The notes under the pieces were generated by a model. The model was not told where the DNA came from and ran no database searches. It saw only the letters and a list, made by a program, of their open reading frames with translations. Positions 22,573 to 33,679 of a DNA stretch of 64,000 bases are shown piece by piece. The stretch is from Podarcis vaucheri (lineage: Eukaryota): NCBI GenBank assembly GCA_965113315.1, contig OZ220375.1, one strand, 5' to 3'. Each line of letters starts with the position of its first letter. Positions within the stretch are counted from its first letter, which is position 1. Made by a program: the position numbers and the translations under genes.

Positions 22573-23721
22573 ACATTTTTCTCAGCTTCTGTCTGCTTAC
22601 AATGCTTGTGAACTTTTAGGGCCTATAGAAATCTCCACCCCAAATCCTATTCACCCTCTCCAGCTTTGATTTGGCTCTATAGAAGCTACATTCTTACCAG
22701 CATATGCTTTTAAAAGTTTTGTTTGGGGTATGTGAGAGAGGGAATGCCTTGAAGTAACCCTGAAAAGCGCAAGAGACATGCCCCCCAGCACCACTGAAAT
22801 CAATGGAAACGTAGCCATTGGGAGAGGGATACTGTCTCCAGCTTCCTAAAAATCAAACTTATTTCCGCGTAAAAATAAATAAAATCCTGGCATAGATTAG
22901 GGAAATACACGTGCAACAACACCCTTCTTTTTTTACTCGCAAGTGTCCCTCAAGTTCTCATAGCTAGGAGGTAGCTTTCGTGCATCATAAGAAACAACAG
23001 CAAAATGCCTAAGGGCTTAATTCACATGGTGTCCTCAAGTATCGACCCACTAAGGTCTGCTGTAAGGTGAATATGGACCAGAAACCAACCGAAGGTACTA
23101 AAAAAATTATTGGCACCAAGTTCTTAGGTGCTGCGTTGCAAGGCCGCTGTTGTCCGAGGACATCCTGCAAGCATCGCAGTACTGTACTCGAAAGTTAACC
23201 CCATTCATTTCAATTTATAGTACTTTCAAGTAAAGAAGCTCAGATCACACCAGTGTTGGCTGCCTTGGATTCATTCTGCAGTAGCCCTATCGTAAAACAA
23301 TCCTGGATTAGGTGAGGAGTGGATTGTGGCCAGTGGTTGCTTGTCCACAACAAGCCATTTGCTCTACAATCACTCTCATGGCTTTAAGGAGTTGTTCCAC
23401 AGTAAAAGGGGTTGTGAATCCGAGGTGGTGTGAAAATCAATAAGGTTGTTTTTGTCTGTTTATTTTTTGCACTGACTCCCATAGAAAGAGTCTGCCATCT
23501 TATGTGGAAGAGGAGGTTATGCACATGCATTAAAATTAAGTTCACAGTGAGCATGGCGGATTGGGCCATCGGTATCAACCCCATCGAGATATATGTTCTG
23601 ATAGTACAATAAAGCAGTAACTTAACACACGATTTGAGTAATGGATAGCAAGTGGCCTAAGGGAAGGTTCCTGGAGTATTTTAACCTTCATGTGGAAATT
23701 ACTTCCTGCGCACTGCTCAAA

Positions 23722-23825
23722 GCAAGACCCAGCAGGAGCTTCTCCTGCACACGCTCCACTGAAATGAATACGACCTCCATTGCAATGGAGCGTTTGCAGG
23801 AGAACATCCCGCTGGATTCTGCCCC
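23722..23825. mobile_element. ~100-bp palindromic MITE family 2, representative copy
   Basis: Arms CCAGC..GG.G.TTCTCCTGCA.ACGCTCCA / TGGAGCGT.TGCAGGAGAACATCC.GCTGG. The motif TGCGCAGGAGAACTTCC recurs across the window. Confidence 0.6.
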
Positions 23826-23920
23826 AAGGTACAAACCGTGTTAAGACCGTATTAGGGACAGGAGTAGGGATTTTAAAAGAGAAAATTACTGTTTTCTTTG
23901 CATGGTCTCTAATCCGTCTC

Positions 23921-23958
<38 letters not shown>

Positions 23959-24215
23959 AAATTTGTAACTTAGAACTGGAATTCTATTTCGTCCTAAACA
24001 GTATTTTCGATACTTTGTATGAGAAAGAAAATGAAAATTAATACAAGAGCTATGGAGCACAAAAGAAGTCATTTGTCTTCTTGATTATCTATTTGCTTGT
24101 CAGAGTTTGAGCTATTGCAGCGGCTGGCTCCTTTGTAATATAAAAATACACAGCAAACCTGCAAACACCGAGAAACATCTGTGCAAAAATTATGGTCATT
24201 AAATGTATTAAATAC

Positions 24216-24420
24216 CTTGAAGAAGGTAGCTTTTCTCGGGACGGGGGGGGAGGAGAAAATAAAAGACAGAGAAGAAACATCTCTTGGAAAACACACTGCT
24301 GCTTTATAGTCTCAACATCCAGGTAGAAATTTAACGATCAGACTACTATTTTAGTTCGAACCAGTTTGGAAAGCAAAATGTAACCACATTAATGCATGCT
24401 TAGAGGAAATAAATCACCTC
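24216..24420 (-). promoter_or_regulatory. Putative HOXB3 distal promoter and short first non-coding exon
   Basis: TATAAA at 24308-24303 in a GACTATAAA context like HOXB6, with TGATTTAT and CATTAAT upstream. Donor CAAG|GTATTT at 24215. It lies just 3' of HOXB4, as the distal Hoxb3 promoter does in mammals. Confidence 0.5.
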
Positions 24421-24628
24421 ATATAAGGCTTAGCTGTAGTTAAGGAGGATATACCCTATGGTCAAACATCTTTTGTTTCCATTAGAAGAGTGCAGGCTTG
24501 GAAACTGACAACAATAAAAACCTGGTCGAATCGAAAAGGGGTCTGCAAAAGTATCAGAACAAAGGAATAGTGTCGCGACTATTTCAGATACCCTGAAAGA
24601 CACGGACAACCGTATTCACCATAAATGC

Positions 24629-24634
24629 TTTATT
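24629..24634 (-). terminator. Probable HOXB4 polyadenylation signal
   Basis: AATAAA about 1.4 kb after the stop, followed by GU-rich ggttgtccgtgtctt. Confidence 0.5.
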
Positions 24635-25491
24635 TCGGGGTTGTTGTTGTTTTTCCACCGTGGCTGCTGCTATATACATGTTCTTATGGGTATCACACAA
24701 AACAACAAGAGGTAATTATACAGAACGAAAGGAGGGGAGTGTTCTATCCCCCCTCCCTCAAGTTCTCTGGAATCACACCATTTCGGAATGTCATATACAG
24801 TATAGGAGAGAGAAGGGTGAGAGAAGAGAATGGGGGGGGGGGACAAGAGAGAGAGAGAGAGATGGAAAGGGGGGGGGGGACAGAGAGAGAAAGCGAGAGC
24901 AGAGAATACCCATATTCCTTTCCTCACGCCTTACTTCTCTGGGGAATTTCCTGAAAATTCATCTTTATCTTCACATTCATTTCAAAAACTGAAGCGAAGG
25001 CAGCGAAGGCGCATCCTTATTTACAAAGGAACCACCCCCCCCCCGTTCCATTTTCATGGCTGCTGGAACCCAGATGGCCTTATGCTATAATCAAGTTTAT
25101 AGACTGAAATGCACTGCCCTTCTCCGCTTTCCAGGTCTTCCAGGTTAGATAATTAACCTGAAGTACTTCCCTGCCGCCTTTAAATTACATTGCTTCTTCC
25201 TCTTTTTTTATTTTGTGTCCTTCCCCGATTCTCACCGCGCCCCCACCCCGCCGCAGCCGCCGCGTGATGCCTTTCCTTACTTGGAATATTACAATATTTA
25301 TCATCCAGTAAAGTCCTTAGAGGGCTGTGAGAATTCTATTTTCCCCTTTCCAATCCCTCTCCTATCTAGAGCTGTGTTTAGCAGATGCCAACAACACTTT
25401 TCTGTCGCCTTGTGGGTAAATGGCTGGGTTTGAACTGGGGTTTCTGGCTAGTGGGGTGGGTAGGGTGGAAGAAGCGGGTGTTCGAAAGGGG

Positions 25492-25497
<6 letters not shown>

Positions 25498-25552
<55 letters not shown>
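25498..25552. repeat. (GA)n microsatellite in the HOXB4 3'UTR (reads (UC)n in mRNA)
   Basis: Directly visible. Confidence 0.95.
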
Positions 25553-25554
<2 letters not shown>

Positions 25555-26055
25555 CAGTTCTCCTTAGGTGAAACCGGGCCTCATTTATTAAAGACGACTC
25601 TAGCTGTCGCGCTAATGGTTGGCATAAGGTCCTTCGTTTGTACGCGAGAGTAAACATGACAAATGGGCCCGAGTTTGGCTTGATTAAGGATGAAAAAGGG
25701 ATCCATCTTAGCCAAATCTGAAAACCCCATCTCCTATAGAACAGAGGAGCTACCCCCCCAAACACGGCAACCCTGCTTTCCGGCCAAAGAACTAATCCCC
25801 CCCTCCCCCGCAAAAAAACCCCCAACCCTCTCATCCTTCTTTGTTTCTTCTCCCCACGTATAAATAGTGGTCCCAGTTCACCCACCCCCTTGTCCCCTCC
25901 CCCCATACGCCCCCATGTTTCTCCCTCAGGAACAGGAAAACTACCAGGCCTCCCTCCCTTTCACACATCAGTTCTTAAGCACACAGATCTGCACACACAC
26001 ACGTACGCACGCACGCACACACACACACTCGCGGGCGGCCACGCTCAAAGGCCAG

Positions 26056-26396
26056 TTATAGGGTGGCGGTGGTCGGGGTGGCGGTGGGGTTTGGGGTTGG
26101 TCCATTGGTTCGGTCCTGGGCACCTCCTCCCGCGCCTTGCGCCGAGAGGCTGGCTGCAGAATTGGAACGGATCTTAGTATTGGGCAACTTGTGGTCTTTT
26201 TTCCATTTCATCCTCCTGTTTTGAAACCATATCTTGATCTGGCGCTCGGACAGGCAAAGCGAGTGGGCGATTTCCACCCTCCGCCTCCGGGTGAGGTAGC
26301 GGTTGTAGTGGAATTCCTTCTCCAGCTCCAAGACTTGCTGCCTGGTATATGCTGTTCTGGAACGCTTCGGCTCCCCTCCCGCGTAGTTGGGGTTGA
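26056..26396 (-). CDS. HOXB4: Homeobox protein Hox-B4, coding exon 2 (homeodomain)
   Basis: Acceptor ttctacattcag|. Encodes [45 protein letters not shown]...[15 protein letters not shown] at 26058-26056. Spliced CDS is 762 nt = 253 aa. Confidence 0.96.
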
Positions 26397-28006
26397 CTGA
26401 ATGTAGAAACACAAAAGGAGGAGTGGGGCAGGGGAGAGAGAAAGAGAGCAGGAACAGGGAGGGGAGCAGGGTTGGGGGGGAAGGAGATGGTGGGGAGCGT
26501 TACTCTTCTTCTGCCCCTTTAAAACGAAACAGAAACCACGAGCTTCTCTTGGAAAAAAGGCTCCTGGAAGACGCCACAGCCCTTTACAAAACAAGTCCCC
26601 CAAACCACACCCCTCCCCCAGCGACGCTCTAAGAGCCTGGATCTTTACCTCCTACTCGGAAAGGAGACCCGTGGGAAGGAAGTCCCACGAAGCTTAACCG
26701 TGTTTGCTCCCATCTAAACGATCGTAGGAATGAGTCCCATCGAACTCAGTGGGACTGTAAGTCTCTAATATCAATCCACACAGGAGGGGAGCTCAGCGGG
26801 GCTTACCTCTGGGTAAAGAGGTATAGGATTGGACTGCCCGAATGCCAGCCATTCCTCTGGGTGTATCCAGAGTTTACTTTTAGAACTTTGAGGGTTACAC
26901 AAGGTTGATTCTGATCGCTTGAACGAGTGTCTCCCTGTCTGACCTTTCCTCCCACCCAGTGTCTCCCAATGCACCCCATTCACTGCCTAAATCTTCGCGT
27001 CTACCTTCCTGCTTCGCTGCATCTATGTTAAGCCTTACACAGCTCTTTTTAAAAAACCAAACAACCACCAATCTATTAAAAGCCAGGCTGTTCTCCTGGT
27101 CCAGAGGTCGCCTAAGTCCTCCAAGCTTAAACGGCAGTGTAGAGTAATCCCATTGGAATCATTGTGGTTACTCCAGAGGATAGATCACAGTGTTAGGTGA
27201 GAAAGGACGAGAGTGATAGCGAGACGAGGAGGGGGTTGCATTCAGCTATGAACCCTAACATCACGTAACAGCCCTGCACTCCGTTTTACAGCCTCTGAGT
27301 GTTACTAGCCTTTGGGTAACTAAATGTGAAGAGACAGAAGGAAGGCCGAATGCATATATGCGTATCAGAACCCTAATAATGCATCAGAGTCTTGAGTGCG
27401 AAATAGATCTACAACTTGCTCTGCAGTTCAGTTTAGCCTTAATGCTTGGGTTGAACTAAATACAGTCAAATCGCTGTCGCTAAATAGGCATAAATTAAAA
27501 TACACCGACTTAAGCGTCTTGAGGATCGAGCTAGCGAGCTGCCTAAGGCTCCTGCACGTGTACGAAGGAGTTGCCTGTGCACCTCAAAGTTCTATAAAGT
27601 TTGCCCCACATGTAAGACAAACAAACCCCTCGATCGTAAGACAAGCAACCTTCTTTTTCCCCTCTGGGAAGTCATTCCCATTGAAACCCACGAGACATCC
27701 TTCTCTGAAACGTTGCTCTGAAGGGACCATCTTAAAACAAACACCCCCCCCAACCCCCAGCCTTGGAGAAAGGCAAAGTAGAAGTTTGCTGAAACTCTCT
27801 ACTTCAATACAATTTAAGCCGACAATGAAAATAAAAGACCCCGTACCTCCTTCAAACTTTTCCTGGGGAACGTTCTCCAGTGGAAGGAAAGGAAGAAAAG
27901 AATAAAGGACGGGGGTGGGGGGGGGAGGAAGGAAGGGAAAGAAGGAAAGAAAGAAACTGGAGGAGGATGTTAACAGGGACTTCAAAGGCAGTTGGCCAAG
28001 AAGAGC

Positions 28007-28090
28007 AATAAAAATTTATGGAGGATGTAATTATAGCGCTCTGCAAACAGGGAGACCATAAATCTCCAAGGGGAATGGTTCTTTTACAAC
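28007..28090 (-). promoter_or_regulatory. HB-1-type conserved homeodomain-site cluster in the HOXB4 intron
   Basis: TATAATTACATCCTCCATAAATTTTTATTG plus TTTATGG and GTAAAA motifs about 100-185 nt into the intron, typical of Hox4 introns. Confidence 0.75.
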
Positions 28091-28191
28091 GGGGGCAATA
28101 AGCTTTTCTCTCTCTCTCTCTCTTCTTCTTCCCAACAAGACTTTGAGGTGCAGGTTAGTATAAAGCGAACGGCACTTTAAGGTTCACTTAC

Positions 28192-28612
28192 CCGTGCTAA
28201 CATGAACCTTCTTCATCCAAGGATAAACTACCGGTTCTTTGCAAGAGGACGGGCTTTGGTTGAGAGAGTTTTGGCTACAGGATGGCGGTGGGCTTGGCGT
28301 GATGGATTCGCAAGTGTGGTTTGATTCGGAGAGATGGTTTTGAAGTCCAGCTGGAGCATGGACACGCTGGCTCCTGGGAGACAGGACCGGTGCCGGGTGC
28401 CCAGAGCCCTGACATGGAGGATAGGATGGTTGGTTACAGGCGGACCGCGCTGGGTACAACGCCTCGGGTTGAAAAGAGTTCTCCTCTCGCCTCTGGCCGC
28501 CGAAATATTCCGGAGAATGACTGGGAAGGTAATCGTGCTGGGAATATTCTTCGCATGGTGGGAATTTGGGGTCCACATAGTTGGAGTTGATCAAGAACGA
28601 ACTCATGGCCAT
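28192..28612 (-). CDS. HOXB4: Homeobox protein Hox-B4, coding exon 1 (421 nt, phase 1)
   Basis: ATG at 28612 gives MAMSSFLINSNYVDPKFPPCEEYSQ... and KEPVVYPWMKKVHVST. Donor G|GTAAGT at 28191. Confidence 0.96.
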
Positions 28613-28789
28613 TAATTTTGGAATTGCAAAAGGGGGCGCGCGCGCCGGCACGCACACTCCCGCTCACTCACACACACGCACACCCCAAAAAAATATACTA
28701 AAATTTATTCCTATTTCTTTCGGGGCCCCCTCCCCTTCCCCCTTCTCCCTTCCTTCCCCTCCCCTTCTCACTCGTTTTCCTGTTTCGAA

Positions 28790-28865
28790 GAGCCCTCCTA
28801 CTTTTGCCGTCAACTGAACAAAGTTAGATGTCCATGTGACCCCCAGGAACCAATGGAGAGGTTTG
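28790..28865 (-). promoter_or_regulatory. HOXB4 proximal promoter block
   Basis: CCAAT box (about 28850) and E-box GTCACATG (about 28833-28840), roughly 220-240 nt upstream of the ATG. Confidence 0.55.
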
Positions 28866-30107
28866 CCTGGGATTCCCGGATAAGGAAATAATCAAGAAGG
28901 GGGGAAGGAGGGGGGAGGACGCTTTTAGCCTTTCCGTTGCTAGCACATAGTCAACTTGGAAGCAGGTTGTTTTAAAGTAAATTGGACTTAACTTTACATA
29001 TAAATGCACTCAGGAACCTAGGCGGGACTCAGCATTGCGGAACAGTTATCATTATTTACTTTTTAAATATCAGGATTTATATAATTTCATATCCCGAAGA
29101 AATCTATCATTCCATAGCCAAGAAGGCACCACAAAATCCAAGTGCCCCCACCCGGTGCATTGACTGAATTAAAATCACTGTCGATACTGGCGAGCGTGCA
29201 TGTGAGAGTGTACACACACGGTTCCCCATGGCAGAGTTTGCCTCGAAGTGAAAAAGCAAAATAACAACACATGTAGTCTGAACAACTAGGAGACTGGGAA
29301 GAAAGGAATTATTCTCCTCGGTTTATGATGCATTAATCTTCTAGCTCCTGCCTAAATTTTGGTGATAGAGCCCGGCCGGTGGCAAAGATAGATAGAGCTC
29401 GTTTGAGATCGATAGAAACGCCATTAACTAATTCGGGTTACCCAACCCCTTAAAAGACAGGTTCTGGTTTAGACTGGTTCTCCCCCTACCCCGCCCAGGA
29501 GGAGAAAATATATTTTAAAAAGTATGGAGACAGAGGAGCAGGAAGAGTTAGGGTTAGTCTACAATACGATGGATAAAAAAAAATATCCAGTTGCATAAAT
29601 AGCTTTTTAAAGTAGTACTGAAGTAAGGGAACATACCCTGAATTTTCCTGTCTATCTCCTAAATGTCCATTTTCATTAAGACGCAATGTATCCACCCCTT
29701 TTGGAAGCCCTCGGGGCAGGGACCTGTCTCTTCTGAGTGCTGAGTGGCGCCTGCGCACAGATGGCACCAAACAGGTAATCCTTAGAGACTTGTTTTCTCT
29801 CAGCCCTATTTACAGAAATGAATGGTTCTAGAACAATTTCTGCAAGCATATGAACATAGAAGGGAAGAACTGTTCTGTTCTCTCCCTGCGAATTTCCTGT
29901 TCCGCAGAAGATACCCGATAATTTGAATCAACCTGTCTGGATGCTTAAAAGATGGGGGCGGGGCGGGGGGACCCACTGGCATTAAAACAACACACCACCA
30001 ACACGGAATAGTCCTTGAAGGGAAAGTCTTTTTACGATTTGCTTCGCCTTTTTTCCTCCCTTTCTTTTCCTCCTTCTTCGTCTTGAGGGATGCGTTCCGT
30101 AGCGTTT

Positions 30108-30196
30108 GTGTCAACTACATATTCCCCTAGATGCGAATTTGTGACGCAGCTTCTTTTACACAAATTCGGATCTACAGGGTACATACAGAAGACAGA
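30108..30196 (-). ncRNA. MIR10A: mir-10a precursor hairpin
   Basis: Mature 5p UACCCUGUAGAUCCGAAUUUGUG at 30181-30159. 3p arm CAAAUUCGCAUCUAGGGGAAUA at 30141-30120. Canonical position between Hox4 and Hox5. Confidence 0.97.
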
Positions 30197-33100
30197 GAGA
30201 GAGATTCTCCTTTGAGTTTGGCTAGAAGTCTTCCGTTTTGGCTTACAGCGAAGAGGAAAGGTGGGCGAAATAAAATAAAATAAAAAACAAATAATCCGTT
30301 TTTCAGGAGGAAGGTATGTCTGGAAATATTTGCTTGCAACACGCGTCGCAAAATCGCGTGCCTGTTAGCCCAACTCTGTCGCGTAATCCACTGTTGCTTC
30401 TTCCTCCGCAGAAGGAATACTGTTGCAGAAAGGTAGTCCAGAAAAGTTGGGAGGGAAGGAAGGAAAGAAGGAAAGTCTGTTGGAGGATCTAAGCAGAAAC
30501 AAAGTCACTCCCAATCCACTTCAGTGAGATTTATCGTTTAATTAGAACTAAAACGACCCTGTTCACGCGATTTCGTTGTAATAAGTAATAACATTAGGCT
30601 TATTCCGATAATTTGGTTGTCTAACACACATTTACCCAGGGGTAAGTCCCACTGAACGCAATGGAGCTTAACTCTGAGTAGGCACGTATATTATTTTATT
30701 GTAGGGAGGGAGATCTTAAAACAAATACAAATATAAACAGGAAAACAGGGTGTGGCTCTCCCCCAACACACATAGGGCAATTCCATCCCTTTTCACCCCA
30801 GGGAAGAGGAATGGGGGAGGATCAAAGGGATTTCATTTCCGAAAAAAGGGGGATATAAAGCAATAAAATATGCAGTTTGTGTAAGTAATGAACCTTTTGC
30901 GGCAGGAAGTCGGGAGCAGCGCGGTTTTATGTAGATAGCTGTTAAGGCTGCTGGTCTGGAAAAATGAGACGCGTTGGAATTCGTGTTGCGGTTTTTAAAA
31001 AATTAAAAGAAAGGAAGCGGTCCCAATATTATTTTAGCGTAGGAATAGGGAATCCTTCGGGTTACACATAATTCTTCGTCAGGTAGAACAGTTTGTTCAT
31101 TATTTACTCAGCAGTTGGCACTGGACTACCTATGAGGTGTCTTCACGCTGGATGAAACTGTATCAGAGCACAGCAATAGATTATGGCCCTATTAGTGAGG
31201 ACAGTTCGTTTCTCCTATGTATCGAATATACTACCATAGGCAAGAGGTTATTGGTATTACTGTTTTAAACCGTTTAGCCGGGGAGCGAAGGAGGAAGAAA
31301 CGCACGTGTTTCGAGTCCAGCCTCCCACATGAGTAAAAAAATAGTTTGGAAAAAGTCAAAGCAGCCACATTCTTGTTGTCCTCCTTCCTCCCCCAAACAA
31401 CCAAACCCGTGGCAAGAAGGGTGCGTTAATTCATGTCTCTACACCCGCTTCCTACAACAGCAGATGCTGGTTAGATAACAGACAAGGCGTTTGTGTTTTA
31501 ATTCATAATGCCATATTAAGCCTATACCCTTGAGAGGCCATGCCACTGGAATCCAAATCTCCAACTTCCAGGTAATGGTCCGTGCGAGCCCACCCTCCAA
31601 CACTGAAGGCATCATTTTTCCAACACGGGCATCCCGAACCTGAACGTATTTACGTGGAAGTAAGAGCTGCTGATTTCAATAGGGCTTGCTTTCAAGTCAG
31701 TAACGAGGTCCCCGGTATTCAACCACCCCCACCTTCCATGAATTTCACCAGGTGCACCGTCTAATTCAACTAATATGTCGCAACCTATTTGTAAAGTGCG
31801 CCACCCCGGTCGGGCGGGGGGAACCCATAACTGCCCCGGTTGTTTTAGTGGGGCTAATATATTGTCGGGCGACAACACAGGAAATCCGGGATCTCAGCTG
31901 CAGATTTGTCTACTAAGAACAGAGACAAGTCCGACTTGAAAGCGCACCATACTCGGAATAATTTGTTTCAGTGGGAATCATTACCAAATTTAGAACTGAG
32001 GGCACTTTTGCAGAGTTGCAGGCCAACTCCAGTGCGCGGAGAGAAAGAGAAAGAACTTTCCTTCCACGAAGCCTACCAGACACAAAGGTATACCAGTTAT
32101 ACACCTTTGAGACATCCGCTCTCCTCTTTCTCCTGACCTTGATCGCTTCCATTTTTCATTTCCCCCGCCCTCTCCTGTTTCATCTGTATTCCATCCAGTC
32201 TTGTCTCAAGACATGGATTTTTCGGGAAAACGAATAGCTAGGCCTACTCTTTTATTTATTTATTTATATATATCTCTATCTTTTTTTTTTTATTTAAAGC
32301 GCCACCGCCACTTTTTTAGAATGCCTTGCGCAAATAGACAAAGGGGGGTTTCATCCTAGTATCACCAGCACCCCTAGCGTCTAGCAGAAATGTTCGATTC
32401 TTTCCACCCTCTCCAAAAGTCCCCCCCCCCGCGCACCACGCACACACAGAGGCATGGACAACACCCTGCTGTCCCCAAATCAAAAGATACACCTCCCCCC
32501 ACCCTCCCAACCATCCGTGTTTTGTTTTGGCCACTCTCAATTGCTCTAATAAAACCGTCTCAACTTTTCGGAAGTTTGCAAAGACAGATTTAGCTCAGGC
32601 GTTCTCTGCATTTCAAAGAGGCAAGTTAATGAAGCCCTAAAACGACAGAGTTTCCAGGCAGATGGGACCCACAATACATTGTTTGCATACTACAATAAAG
32701 TTTAAAAAGATAGGAAAGGACGACTGGGTAATTGTTTGCCACAGAGGGTGCACACCTTTCGGACGCTACTCGGGCGTCCCAGTAATGTGTGTGTCGCGTT
32801 CCCCCCCATGACCGCACAACACCAAACTCAAAGCACCTGCCAATATATGCCAATATTATTTTACTACTAAGAACTGTTATCTTCTGGCTACCTTGGGTAT
32901 GATCCCCGCGTGAATCCCGTTCTTCGCAATGGGGGGGGGGGAGAGCTTGCGCAGGAGAACTTCCCTCTCCCCTCTATATTACTTTCAGGACCCCCATCTA
33001 GGTAACTGCTGAGCCTGCCTCAGCGTTCAAGGCTGCTTTTCTGCACGTTGACCTAGCAGATCAGCTCCAGTTTACTACGGATAGACTTACTTCCGAGGAA

Positions 33101-33662
33101 ATGCGTTAGGGATCGAGCCTCTTTATTTTGCAATCACAGCACCCTTCTCTGGATTGAGAGCAAAAAAAGCCTGGAGGTCTTCTCCTTCGACTCCTATACC
33201 TCCCCTCGCCACACAGTTCCCCCAAGGTACAAAAACTGAAGCGTTTACAACCCCCCGCCCCTTGTTCGCGCAGTTAAAAATAACCATCCCGTGCAAGACA
33301 GGATACAAAACGCCGCAGCCTTTCCCAAGCTGTCCAGCCACAACCACAATAAAAAGAATCCGAAACACCAACCGGAGAACTGGATCCTTCCGTCGTATCT
33401 CTCCTTCCTCCATGTCAAAGATTATTTTTTTTCCACGATAGGAAATCTCTTCCTTTTCCTTTCCTCCCCCTCCCACTGCGATTGCCTTTTAAAGCCTAAG
33501 GAATAGCTGGCTACCAGCTTGCAGGGAGCCGTAGGCCTAACTGAGCGTTTTCGGTTCGGATACCCGCAAGTTTTCGTATTAATCTCCATACTTTGTCAGT
33601 CTTTGTTAAACAGCTAGGCGTGTCCCCAGCGCCTCCAACATTTTAATATTTGTTAGACGCGC

Positions 33663-33679
33663 TGACCTGAGTTTCACCC
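33663..33679 (-). promoter_or_regulatory. DR5 retinoic acid response element upstream of HOXB4/mir-10a (B4U-type RARE)
   Basis: GGGTGA-aactc-AGGTCA followed by GCGCGTCTAACAAAT, the flank I recall from paralog-group-4 5' RAREs. Confidence 0.85.

Noticed and set aside
28613-28657. N-terminal extension of HOXB4 in the ORF track
   Set aside because: Non-AUG start. The conserved start is MAMSSFLIN at 28612.
29750-29768. CTCF-like CACAGATGGCAC upstream of HOXB4
   Set aside because: The 5' half of the core mismatches at several positions. A similar weak hit at 38311-38324 was also not called.
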